A DNA stretch of 64,000 nt from Gemmatimonadales bacterium. Its GTDB lineage: Bacteria; Gemmatimonadota; Gemmatimonadetes; Gemmatimonadales; GWC2-71-9. The stretch covers positions 1,184,001 through 1,248,000 of the forward strand of contig OZ252244.1 of assembly GCA_965249575.1 (NCBI GenBank). The letters are read 5' to 3'. Below the pieces are notes generated by a model, which was not told the origin of the DNA, searched no databases, and was given only the letters and a program-made list of their open reading frames with translations. Both the position numbers and the translations under genes were made by a program. Shown here in pieces: positions 40,616-50,705 of the stretch; positions within the stretch are counted from its first letter, which is position 1; every line of letters begins with the position of its first letter.

Positions 40616-42958
40616 ATGATTTTGGCTCTCCTCACCGCCACCCAAACACTTGCCGCTTCCCCGGCTCGTGACCCTCGTGTCTATAGCGGTCGTGACCGGG
40701 CCATCAACGTGCCGGCGCCTCGAATCGACGCCGACATCTCGATTGATGGCGCACTGACTGATTCCGCGTGGAACTCGGCGGCGCTCCTCACCGGGTTCTC
40801 GCAGTACCAGCCCGTGGACGGGCGCGCGGCGGAGGACTCGACCCACGTGCTCGTCTGGTATGCGCCGGCCGGGATCTACTTCGGAGTCAGAGCATTCGAG
40901 AGCCACGGTACCGTCAACCCGACACTGTCGGACCGGGATAGGATCGAGGCCGACGACTACGTCCAGATCCTAATCGACACATTCAACGACCGGCGGCAGG
41001 CCCTGGTGTTCGGTGTCAACCCACTCGGCATCCAGTCGGACGGGGTCCAGAGCGAGGGACAGCAGCATTCACGGACCGCGCTCGTCACCGCCGACCTCAC
41101 GCGCGATTTCGTGTATCGCTCGGCCGGGCGGGTCACGGCCTCCCGGCTATCAGGTCGAGGTACACATCCCCTTCAAGAGCATTAGTTACCAGTCTCCGCG
41201 CGCACAGGACTGGGGGATCAACATTCTGCGGAAGGTGGCGCCATTCAGGATACCTCGACAGCTGGGCCCCGGTGCGTCAGGCGGGGCGCTTCCTTTCTGG
41301 CACAGTCGGGGACACTCCTCGACCTCACCGACCTGCAGCGCGGCCTCGTGGTGGACTTCAATCCGGTGATGACGGGAACGGTAACCGGCGCACCGGAGGT
41401 GACCGGTACCGGCTGGAATTACCAAAGCCCCGATCCGGCGCTGGGCTTCAACGTCCGCCTGGGCGTTCGCACGAACGTCACGCTCGATGGCACTGTCAAC
41501 CCAGACTTCTCCCAGGTGGAGGCCGATGTCGGTCAGATCCTGAGCAACCAACGGTTCGCGCTGTTCTTTCCGGAGAAGCGTCCATTCTTTCTGGAAGGCA
41601 TCGAGAAGTTCGAGACACCCAATCGGCTGATCTACACGCGGCGGATCGTCCAGCCCGTGGCCGGCGCGAAGTTCGCCGGCAAAGTGGGCGACTGGAACGT
41701 GGGACTACTATCCGCCGTCGATGACCAAAGCGCGTCCGAGGCCGGGACGGAGAACCCAATCTTCAACCTTCTGCGCCTCCGGCGTAATTTGGGCGGCCAA
41801 TCCTGGGCTGGAGTCACCTATACCGACAGAATCGAAGGTGGCAACTACAACCGCATGGCTTCTGCCGACATGCGTCTCGTGTTTGCCCGCAACTACTACG
41901 TTCAGCTCCAAGCGGCCGGGAGCTTTGGCCGTACTGGGGGAATCTCTTCGCGCGCACCGCTCTGGGAGGCGATCGTCAATCGGTCGGGTCGCCAGTTCGC
42001 CTTTAGTTACCGCCTGACCGGTATCCATCCCGACTTCGATGCCGAAGGCGGATTCGTCCCCCGGACCGGGGACGTCGCGACCAGCATTTGCCACGGGCTG
42101 AGCTGGTACGGGGGGCGGGGCGCCACCGTCGAGCGTTGGACCACGTCACTCAGGTTCGCGGGATGGTGGAATTACGACGGTTTTTGGGACTTTGAAGATC
42201 CTACCGAGGCCAAGTTCTTCTTTGGAAACGCGTTTACTCTGCGGGGCGGGTGGACCGGGAGCGTCACGCTCGCCTACGAACAGACGCAGTGGGATCCAGA
42301 CCGATACGTGAACTACGCGGTCGAGCGGCTCACGAACGGGGTGTCAGACACAGTTGCCTTCACGGTCCCTGGCAGGGTGAATGATGCGTTCGGCGTACTG
42401 TCGCGCTTCGAGACCCCCGAGTTCGGGCGGTTTTCCGCCAGCTTGCGGATCAACCGCTTTCACGACGTCGGTCACATCGAGGCCACCAGGGTCAACCTGC
42501 TTCGGATCACCGCCGAGGTAAATTGGCGCCCGACCGACAAGCTACGCATCAATCCGCGCTACTCACGGCTCGTACTCGATCGACGCGAGCGCGACGGCAC
42601 CAACTTATCGACGTCGCAGATCCCGCGCCTCAAAATCGAGTACCAGCTCTCGCGGGCAATCTTCCTGCGTTTCGTCGGACAGTACACCAGCGAGAACCAG
42701 GACGGGCTGCGCGACCCCCGCACCGAACAGCGGATCCTCCGGCGCGACAGTTCGAGCGAGCCATACGTCCTGACCGCTCGCGAACTCGAGAACGACTTCC
42801 GCTACGATGTGTTGTTCTCGTATCTGCCGACTCCCGGTACCGTGGTTCTTCTGGGATATGGAAGCAGCCTCGCCGAATCGGAGGCGTTCCGATTCGAAGA
42901 TCTCAGGCGGACGACCGACGCATTCTTCCTAAAGGTGAGCTACTTGTTCAGGCGATGA
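40616..42958 (+). CDS. CBM9-like/DUF5916 outer-membrane protein; three clustered +1 frameshifts at 41140-41290
   Basis: IDGAL.D.AW, IDTFND.R.A..FGVNPLG, VNPDFSQVEAD, FFPEKRPFFLEG, terminal KVSYLFR. Confidence 0.88.
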
Positions 42959-42983
42959 GCCAACTGGTGGCGAGCGGGCAACG

Positions 42984-43028
42984 AGGAGCGCCGCGATCGG
43001 GAGATGGTTCTCCCAACCGCGGCGCTCC
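42984..43028. terminator. Long hairpin between convergent genes
   Basis: GGAGCGCCGCG.GGGAGA-tggt-TCTCCC.CGCGGCGCTCC. Confidence 0.55.
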
Positions 43029-43102
43029 GTGAGTCCAGGCGTCCCAGCCTCGAACAGCCCCCAGCCCTCGAGCAGCCTCGCGGCCGGCGACCAAGATTCT
43101 GC

Positions 43103-44662
43103 TTACCGACCTCGTCTTCCGCCGCGCGAGCCGCGGCTTGGCGACGATCGACCGCCTGATGGACGTGCGGGACGAGCCGAACGGGCCCCATCTCTGCGGC
43201 CCCGGGGCGAGGAAGCCGACGGCCGGGTGACGCGGGCACGACCGGCACCACGCGCGGCGGAACCCCGTGCGGGACCCGCGCGTCCCCGAGTCGCTTCAGT
43301 GCCGCGCCGGGTCGCCGTTGGGCGGCCGGACGCAGTCGAGGGGGTGCCCGGACGGGCTGACCGGTTGCGCGGAACCGCTCGAGGTGACGAGCCGCCGTCC
43401 CGTCGCACCTGTGGAGCCGGCCGGGCCCGGCGACTCGGCGTGGCGCTCCGCGAGGGTCGCTCACGACTGGGACTTACCCGCGGGCGCGTGGTCTGACGGC
43501 TCGGGGCGGCCTCGCGCGCGGGGTAGGTCCTCCGGGTTTCCGTAGCGGACCGCTCCCTCGCCTGTGGCGCCGGCCGAATCGACCGTACCACGCCGCCACT
43601 TCGACTCGCGCGGCTGGCATCGGTCACGCTCGCCGATGATCGACGGGACGCGGTGACGCGCTTGCCCGCGGATGACGAGCGCGATGGCGCAACCGTTCGG
43701 CGCGACACCTGATTCGACGGGGCTCGGGACCGCAGGTCCGCGACCCTCCTGCCACCCCCCGGCGATTTGAACGTGTACGCACGATTCACAGCGCGCGCCC
43801 GCTCGACGTAGACGACGCGCGGGGCCCGATGGAACCCATAGTGCCGGTATACGGGAAGGTGGAACGCGGCATAGTGCGGCCGCCAGTAATAATGGTGCCC
43901 GTAGTAGTCGTAGTCGCCGTAGTAAATGGGATCCCAGTAGTACGGGTCCCAGCCCGCGTAACCATCCCAACGGTCGCCGTAGGAGGGATAGTAGCGCGAC
44001 CCGAAATTAACGTGGACGCTAAAGCGGGGCCGATAGAACCCGCGGTACCCATGCCGGTACGGATCGTAGTAGTGGTGATCGTAATAACCGCGACCTGAGA
44101 AGGTGTAGTGCCACAGCGACGGAGAATACGGGCGCGGCTTGCTCACACTATACCGAACCACATCGTAGTCGAACGAAACTCCCCCAGCCATTGCGTCGGC
44201 GAGGTATGTGAGATCCGTCTCGGGATCCGAGCCAACCTCCCATAGGTCGGTCTGGCCGTAATCCCAATGGGAGCCGCGGGCATAACTGTCGTAACGAAAC
44301 GGGTCACGGGAGAAAGCCGCGTAGACCGTTCCGACTCCGGACGACAGGTAGACCGTGAACGACTCGCGATCGCCACGCCCACGCAGCTCGTACTCCTGTC
44401 CCCCACGCACGAAATTGTCATCGAACGGATCGAGCGGAAACAACACTCGTACCCGTCCGTCGGGCTCGCTCCGGAAGACGGTGAGATATCCGTCGGCCGA
44501 GGCTCTGAAGTAGGCTCGCACCCGTTCGCCGGAGCGCAGATTCACGTGCTTGCTCAGGCGGAGATAGACCTGCTGCTGGGCCGGAGCCTCTGCCCGAGAT
44601 GTGGGTACCGCATCCGGGCTTGGGGCTGCCAGTAGCATCGAAGTCAGTAGCGCAGTCAGCAT
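43103..44662 (-). CDS. DUF4384-like secreted protein with a Tyr-rich region and an Arg/Ser-rich disordered tail
   Basis: GERVRAYF...DGYLTVF...DGRVRVLFP; GGAGG RBS; signal peptide. Confidence 0.8.
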   Translation of the reverse strand: MLTALLTSMLLAAPSPDAVPTSRAEAPAQQQVYLRLSKHVNLRSGERVRAYFRASADGYLTVFRSEPDGRVRVLFPLDPFDDNFVRGGQEYELRGRGDRESFTVYLSSGVGTVYAAFSRDPFRYDSYARGSHWDYGQTDLWEVGSDPETDLTYLADAMAGGVSFDYDVVRYSVSKPRPYSPSLWHYTFSGRGYYDHHYYDPYRHGYRGFYRPRFSVHVNFGSRYYPSYGDRWDGYAGWDPYYWDPIYYGDYDYYGHHYYWRPHYAAFHLPVYRHYGFHRAPRVVYVERARAVNRAYTFKSPGGGRRVADLRSRAPSNQVSRRTVAPSRSSSAGKRVTASRRSSASVTDASRASRSGGVVRSIRPAPQARERSATETRRTYPAREAAPSRQTTRPRVSPSRERPSRSATPSRRARPAPQVRRDGGSSPRAVPRNRSARPGTPSTASGRPTATRRGTEATRGRAGPARGSAARGAGRARVTRPSASSPRGRRDGARSARPARPSGGRSSPSRGSRGGRRGR

Positions 44663-44865
44663 GGTACCTCCAAGTCTGTTACCACATTAAGGCAACAGCC
44701 AGATGCATGCCACGAGTCGGGGAAACCGTAAAGCATTGTTATGAAACGGCTTGTGGCCATCGCAGACGCCCTAAAGACGCCTCGACCGTCCCCAAGTCGA
44801 GTCAGCCGGTGTGCCCGGTAGGCGTCACTCATTGCCTGTCTTCCGACGGCGGCCGCGGCCACGGA

Positions 44866-46320
44866 TCATCTCCCGGGACCTCGATCGGGCGCTGCCGCAA
44901 TGGGTGCCAGGGAGCGGGCCGTCTCGGTGATGCATTCCCAGGCTTCCTCAACGTGGCGAGGCTCGGTTTCCGTTTGGCCCACCACGAACCGCAGCACGTA
45001 CGCTCCTCGCCAGCGGGTGTGCGTCAAATACAGCTTGCCACTGTCGTTCAGCCGCTGGCGCAGTTCCTCGTTGACCGCATCGACGGCATCCCGATCACCG
45101 ATCGCTGGTGGCTTGAACCGGAAGCACACCATACTCAAGACCGGAGGGATCACGATCTCGAAGTCCGGCTCACTCGTAATGCGGCTGGCGAGCTCCTGCG
45201 CCATGGCGATGTGGGCTGCGATCTTCTCCCGCAACCCGTCGACCCCATAGCTCCTGATCACGAACCACAGCTTTAGGGCTCGGAAGCGGCGCCCGAGCTG
45301 AATTCCCCAGTCCCGATAGTTCGTCACGGTCGCGTCGTGGGTGGTTCTCAGGTACTCCGGCAGGACTTCGAACGTCCGTATGAGCGCGCCGGAATCGCGA
45401 ACGTAATACGCAGAACAGTCGAAGTTGGTGAAGAGCCACTTGTGAGGATTGAAGACAAGGCTGTCGGCGTGTTCGATACCGTTGATCAGCCACCGGAATT
45501 CAGGGATGACCAGAGCGCTCCCGGCCCAGGCGGCATCGACGTGGAGCCACACCCCGTGCTGGGAGCAGATCTTCCCCACGTCGGCGAGGGAATCGATGCC
45601 CCCCGTCCCCGAGGTGCCCACGCAGGCCGCCACGAACGTCGGTTTCTTGCCGGCCGCGAGGTCGGCCGTGATCGCACGGTTCAGCGCGTCCGGACGCATG
45701 GCGCCCGAGTCGTTCACTGGGATCAGCCGCAGGTTTTCCCGACCGAGCCCCGCAATCCGAACGTCCTTCACGATTGAAGAATGGGCTTCGGTGGAGCAGT
45801 ACGCGGTGAGCTGTCCGGCCCCGGACATCCCCACGTCGCTTACCGCATATCCTGAGACTCGCTCCCGCGCCGTAATGAGAGCGCACAGCGTCGCGGTTGA
45901 AGCGGTATCCTGGATACACCCGACGAAACCGTCCGGCAACCCGATCATCTGTCGGAGCCACTCGAGTACGCGCGTTTCTAGCTCGGTCGCCGCGGGTGAG
46001 GTCTCCCAGCTCATGCATTGTGCGCCGAGGGTCGCGGTCAGCATTTCAGCCAACACGGACGGCCGGCTGCTATTTGCTGGGAAAAACCCGAAGAAACGGG
46101 GATGCTGCCAATGAGTCACCCCAGGGAGGATGAGTGACTTGAAGTCCGCGATGATTCGGCCGATGGGCTCGCCGGCAGCGGGCGGCGAGGGAGGGAGTGC
46201 CGCTGCGACCTCACCGGGCCTCACCCGCGCTCTGACCGGCAGGTCCTCCACGTGATCCAGATAGTCGGCCATCCAGTCAACGAGCTGGTGGCCGACTCTC
46301 CTGAATTCATCCGAGTCCAT
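44866..46320 (-). CDS. PLP-dependent group II (aromatic L-amino acid) decarboxylase
   Basis: GVTHWQHP.FF.FFP, HVDAAWAG, NPHKW (PLP lysine), LGRRFRALKLW. Confidence 0.95.
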   Translation of the reverse strand: MDSDEFRRVGHQLVDWMADYLDHVEDLPVRARVRPGEVAAALPPSPPAAGEPIGRIIADFKSLILPGVTHWQHPRFFGFFPANSSRPSVLAEMLTATLGAQCMSWETSPAATELETRVLEWLRQMIGLPDGFVGCIQDTASTATLCALITARERVSGYAVSDVGMSGAGQLTAYCSTEAHSSIVKDVRIAGLGRENLRLIPVNDSGAMRPDALNRAITADLAAGKKPTFVAACVGTSGTGGIDSLADVGKICSQHGVWLHVDAAWAGSALVIPEFRWLINGIEHADSLVFNPHKWLFTNFDCSAYYVRDSGALIRTFEVLPEYLRTTHDATVTNYRDWGIQLGRRFRALKLWFVIRSYGVDGLREKIAAHIAMAQELASRITSEPDFEIVIPPVLSMVCFRFKPPAIGDRDAVDAVNEELRQRLNDSGKLYLTHTRWRGAYVLRFVVGQTETEPRHVEEAWECITETARSLAPIAAAPDRGPGR

Positions 46321-46342
46321 CACCCAACCTACACCAGGGCAG

Positions 46343-47704
46343 TCAGCTCACCCGAGCCGGCGCCCCCTCGGGACCGTTGTCCCAGTCCTGCGCGCTGGAC
46401 ACGTTCGGCATGCCCCATTGATGACCGTTCCATCCGTCGAACCCGTCCATCTTGAACGCCCAGAAGCCCGTCTTGAAATCGCTCAGGACAATGAGACCAT
46501 CCGCGTTGCGGACATCCACGCCAAACGCGCCGTTCGTCACGCCGGTACCAGTCTCGGGATTGACCGCGCCGCCGTAGCCGTGCTGGTTGGGTCCGTCGTA
46601 TGTATCGTAGTAACCCACCGTGTAGGGGCTCGTCGGGTCCATCATGTTAAAGATCTGCAACCCGTCCTCGTAGTGGGATACGAACACGTAGGGCCAGCGG
46701 ACTTCATGATTGTGCGGCAGTCCCTGCCACCGCGCCGTCCAGGCTCCGATGGAGCGCGAGATCGCCCGCACCTCCCCTTCCAGACCCGGTTTGAGGTCGA
46801 AGATCCTCAGTGGCGCGTACTGGTACTCCGTTTCCGCCACCGCGTAGCGGCCGTCGGGTGTCGGGGTGAATGTGTGGCCGCGCGCCACACCGGCGGCGCC
46901 CGTAATGGACGTGATCAGCTTCGGCTCTTCCGGCCGCGTGACATCGTACACGTGATACCCGCCGTCTCCGGGCCCGTAGAACTTGTCCTGCCGGGTCGCC
47001 GGATCGTATGCCAAGTAGAAGTCATGGTACGCGTTGCGCGGGCGGGCCGACGGGGTGTCCGGCACGGGAACCCGACCAATGAATGCCCCTTGGCCATCGC
47101 CCCCTAGGAATCGCTCCATGTCGTAGATATTCGCCTGTCGCCCATTGGTCGTCGCGAACAGCAAGACGCGGCCGTCGGAGTGTTTGTAGGCAAAGATGTT
47201 GTGGAACCCGCCGGGGATCGAAGGCTCCCGGATCCGGCCGACTTCCCGGATGCCACTGGTATCGGGCAGGCTCGTCACATCGAGCACAACCGCGCCTACG
47301 TCGGCATCCGGTCCGCTCTGGCCGAACTGAAACGACTGTACGTCGTAGTAGCGGCCACGCAGCTTGAAGTACTTGTTATCCATCCCGCCATTGCCTTGAT
47401 GCAGCTCCGCGTTTTCGATCCGCCACGAATACAGAACTTTGGCCTTGCTCGGATCCCGTAGGTCGATGATGTCCGTGCCATGAACGAGCATGCGGGAAAC
47501 GTAGGAGTACGGTCTCGCCAACTCTTGCTCGATCTCGATGTCCGCCGTGCTAAACGCCCGGCCCAGTGGGATATGGGACCTGATCTTCACATTACGACTG
47601 CCCTGCATCCCCGGCTCGAACTCCGCACTGGGAGGAAATTGGGCAAGGGCTGGGGTCGCCAGTGAAATGCCCAACACTAACGTGAGAAATGATCGCCAAC
47701 GCAT
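46343..47704 (-). CDS. Secreted LVIVD-like beta-propeller protein, paralog 4
   Basis: ALA-QFPP signal cleavage; full motif set. Confidence 0.88.
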   Translation of the reverse strand: MRWRSFLTLVLGISLATPALAQFPPSAEFEPGMQGSRNVKIRSHIPLGRAFSTADIEIEQELARPYSYVSRMLVHGTDIIDLRDPSKAKVLYSWRIENAELHQGNGGMDNKYFKLRGRYYDVQSFQFGQSGPDADVGAVVLDVTSLPDTSGIREVGRIREPSIPGGFHNIFAYKHSDGRVLLFATTNGRQANIYDMERFLGGDGQGAFIGRVPVPDTPSARPRNAYHDFYLAYDPATRQDKFYGPGDGGYHVYDVTRPEEPKLITSITGAAGVARGHTFTPTPDGRYAVAETEYQYAPLRIFDLKPGLEGEVRAISRSIGAWTARWQGLPHNHEVRWPYVFVSHYEDGLQIFNMMDPTSPYTVGYYDTYDGPNQHGYGGAVNPETGTGVTNGAFGVDVRNADGLIVLSDFKTGFWAFKMDGFDGWNGHQWGMPNVSSAQDWDNGPEGAPARVS

Positions 47705-47951
47705 GCGGCCCTCCGTTACCTGAATTTGAAAAGAGATCGGAGGCGCCGGACTCCCGGGCCCCCCCGATTAGTTCGCGTTCGGTCTTCTCCCACCACTCAG
47801 AACCCTCAATGTGGCCCTCCGTTCACCCCGTAGCAATGGCACCTGCCGCGAGCCTCACGGTTCTCACATCCGCGATCACGACGTCAACCGCAAGCAATGA
47901 CTGAGACTCCTCGGCCATTGGGCACGGACGGAACCGGTTCCTGAGAGAGAC

Positions 47952-49136
47952 CTAGGGCGTCGCCTTCCCAGCGGAGAGCGGTAGCCCAAGCGCGGCCCGC
48001 CCTATGGCTCGTGCCAGCCGCGCGGGACCGCTCCGCTCGACGTTCGCCAGCACCGCCACCGTGAGGTCGTCTTCAGGGTAGTGCGTGAGGATGGTCGAGA
48101 ACCCGTTGATTCCTCCAGCGTGGGTAAGGACCCGACGGCCGTTGATCATCCGCACGCCGAGCCCGTACGCGTACCGGGTGCCTGATCCGTCACTGCGCGT
48201 GGACTCGGCCGTCATCCGCCTGCGCGATTCCTCGCTGATCAACACATCGTCATTTAGGGCCCGCTGCCACTTGAGCAGGTCGAGCACCGTGGAGCAAAGC
48301 GCCCCCGCGGCTCCAGGCACGTTCATGCTGATCGGGCCGTCATTGTACAGAATCCCATCCGAAAGCGCGTACCCTGCAGCGCGATGTGGAACGATCGTCC
48401 GCTCGTCACAATACGACGATCCCCTCATGCCCAGCGGCTGGAATACGTGCCGCTCGACGTAATCACGGTACGGCTCGCCCGTTGCCCGCTCGACGATGAC
48501 TCCGAGGAGGTAGTACCCCGAGTTGTTGTACTTCCATCGTTCACCGGGGGGAAAGTCGAACGGTTCATCCTCGAACATGTCGATCAGCTGCTCGTGGGAC
48601 AGGTCCAACCGCACCGCTCCGCCCCAGAAATCGGGTCCCAGCGTCGTGTAGCTCCTAATGCCGGAAGTATGGGTCAACAGGTGATGGACGGTGACGCGGT
48701 GTCCTTGCGTCGAGTAACCGGGCAGGAACTTGGTGATGGCATCGTCGAGGCTGACGAGGCCGCGCTCCCGCAACTGCAGAATGGCGAGCGCCGTGAACTG
48801 TTTCGTGATCGAGCCGATGCGAGACACGGTCTGAGCGGTCGCCGGCACATCGTTCTCGAGGTCGGCGTAGCCGTAGCCTTTCGCCACCAGCACGTCGTTC
48901 CCCTGCCCCACTCCGATCGAAAGACCGGCGAGAGGGCCGGCCGCGATCGCGGCCTCCGCCAGCGAGTCGACCAGCACTTCGAGGCGATTGTTCTCGACCG
49001 CACCTGACTGCGCCGGCAGTATGCCAGGAGCGAAGCATCCAAACGCGCCGAGCACTGCGATCGCCGACTCAATTACCTTGGCGCTCCCCCGTCCAACCAC
49101 AGACGGTGTGAAGGGCGGGATCGGCTTACTGATCAC
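47952..49136 (-). CDS. Serine hydrolase, beta-lactamase/D-peptidase family
   Basis: SITK, LLTHTSG, YNN, HAG motifs. Start uncertain. Confidence 0.92.
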   Translation of the reverse strand: MISKPIPPFTPSVVGRGSAKVIESAIAVLGAFGCFAPGILPAQSGAVENNRLEVLVDSLAEAAIAAGPLAGLSIGVGQGNDVLVAKGYGYADLENDVPATAQTVSRIGSITKQFTALAILQLRERGLVSLDDAITKFLPGYSTQGHRVTVHHLLTHTSGIRSYTTLGPDFWGGAVRLDLSHEQLIDMFEDEPFDFPPGERWKYNNSGYYLLGVIVERATGEPYRDYVERHVFQPLGMRGSSYCDERTIVPHRAAGYALSDGILYNDGPISMNVPGAAGALCSTVLDLLKWQRALNDDVLISEESRRRMTAESTRSDGSGTRYAYGLGVRMINGRRVLTHAGGINGFSTILTHYPEDDLTVAVLANVERSGPARLARAIGRAALGLPLSAGKATP

Positions 49137-49164
49137 TCTGACGGACCGAGAAGGGGAGGGCGTC

Positions 49165-50559
49165 TCACTGCTGTAGACTCATCCGCGCAGGGGCCGCTCC
49201 CTCGGGACCGTTGTCCCAGTCCTGCACGCTCGAGATGTTGGGCATGCCCCACTGATGGCCGTTCCACCCATCGAAGCCATCCATCTTCAACACCCAGAAC
49301 CCCGTTGCCTCGTCGCTGATGACGATCAGTCCGTCGGCGTTGCGGACATCCACACCGAACGCGCCGTTGGTTGTCGCGCTCGGAGGGGCGTGGACGTATG
49401 TAGGATCGAGCCAGCCGCGCTCCGCGTCGCCCCCAACCTTACCGCGCTGGTGGGGTCCTTCGTAGGTGTCGTAGTAGCCGACCGTATACGGGTTTGCCGG
49501 GTCCATCATGTTGAAAACGAACAGCCCATCCTCGTAAGCGGCGACAAAGACGTACGGCCAGCGAACCTCGTGGTTGTGCGGCAGACCCCGCCAGCGCGGA
49601 GTATAGGCGCCGATCGGCCGGGAGATCGTCTTGACTTCTCCCTCGAGCCCCGGTTTGAGGTCGAACATCCGGAGCGGCGCGTACTGGTACTCGGTCTCCG
49701 CCACCGCATACCGCCCGTCCGGGGAGGGCGTGAAAGTGTGGCCGCGCGACATCCCCGCAACTCCGGTTATCGAAGTCAGCAGCCGCGGATCGTCCGGCCG
49801 AGTCACGTCGAAGACGTAGTAGCCGCCGGCGCCTCCACCGTAGAACCGGTCCTGCCGCGTAGCCGGGTCGAAACCGACGTACATGTCGTGGTAGCTCAAG
49901 CGTGTCCCAGGGGTATCGGGGACGGGGATGCGGGACGCAAGCGGGTCCGGATCACCACTCACGAACCTGCCCATGTCGTACACGTTGGAGTGCGGCCCGG
50001 ACGTGGTCGTGAACAGGAGTACACGGTCATCGGAGTGCTTGTACGCGAAGATGTTGTGGAATCCTCCACCGGTGTCGGGCGCGCGAATGCGACCGACCTC
50101 CTCGATCTTTGACGTGTCGGGCAGTCCCGTCACGTCGAACACGACCGCGCCCAGATCGTGATCCGGCCTCCCCTGCCGGAACTGGCACGCCTGAATGTCG
50201 TAATACCGATCGCGCAACTTGAAGTACTTGTTATCGAGGCAACCGCCCCCGCCACCCGATGCGTGCAGCTCCGGGTCCTCGATTTGCCAATAGTAGAGGA
50301 GCTTCGCGTTGTTCGGATCAGCAACGCTGACGATGTTGAAACCGGAGCGGGGTACGGCGCCCTCGGTGCGCCCGACGTAAGCGAAGGGCCTCGAAAGCTC
50401 CTGCTCCAACTCGATGTCTCCCACGGTGAATATCCGGTCCAACGGAAGATGGGAGAGCACCTGCACGTTCGAGCTTCCCTGCTGGCCAGGAGGGTATTGG
50501 GCGGCAGCGGTAGCCAGCGGGACACCCAGACCGGTCAAAAAAAAGAAATGCCACCGCAT
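49165..50559 (-). CDS. Secreted LVIVD-like beta-propeller protein, paralog 5
   Basis: AAA-QYPPGQQGS; full motif set; two extra Cys (GCLD, QACQ). Confidence 0.88.
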   Translation of the reverse strand: MRWHFFFLTGLGVPLATAAAQYPPGQQGSSNVQVLSHLPLDRIFTVGDIELEQELSRPFAYVGRTEGAVPRSGFNIVSVADPNNAKLLYYWQIEDPELHASGGGGGCLDNKYFKLRDRYYDIQACQFRQGRPDHDLGAVVFDVTGLPDTSKIEEVGRIRAPDTGGGFHNIFAYKHSDDRVLLFTTTSGPHSNVYDMGRFVSGDPDPLASRIPVPDTPGTRLSYHDMYVGFDPATRQDRFYGGGAGGYYVFDVTRPDDPRLLTSITGVAGMSRGHTFTPSPDGRYAVAETEYQYAPLRMFDLKPGLEGEVKTISRPIGAYTPRWRGLPHNHEVRWPYVFVAAYEDGLFVFNMMDPANPYTVGYYDTYEGPHQRGKVGGDAERGWLDPTYVHAPPSATTNGAFGVDVRNADGLIVISDEATGFWVLKMDGFDGWNGHQWGMPNISSVQDWDNGPEGAAPARMSLQQ

Positions 50560-50583
50560 GTGGCCTCCTCACGGCAAGGGGGG

Positions 50584-50705
50584 GTAGTGAGTGGTGAGTG
50601 GTACGTGGCCGCCGGTGGCCACTCGGTCGACACCTTAGCAGTGCTGGCGACCATCCCACTCACCACTCACTACTCACTACTTACTAGTCACTCTTACCAC
50701 TCACC
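50584..50705. repeat. 18-bp perfect inverted repeat with tandem heptamers
   Basis: GTAGTGAGTGGTGAGTGG (50584-50601) / CCACTCACCACTCACTAC (50656-50673), followed by further ACTCACT-like units. Confidence 0.8.

Noticed and set aside
47760..47910. Possible gene remnant between the serine hydrolase and paralog 4
   Set aside because: Short, contains stops, and has no motif I can assign with confidence.
47952..49136. Antibiotic-resistance beta-lactamase
   Set aside because: The SxxK/YxN/HxG pattern is shared by many esterases and D-peptidases; nothing specific to AmpC is visible.
50584..50705. CRISPR array
   Set aside because: Units are 7 nt with no unique spacers, and there are no cas genes.
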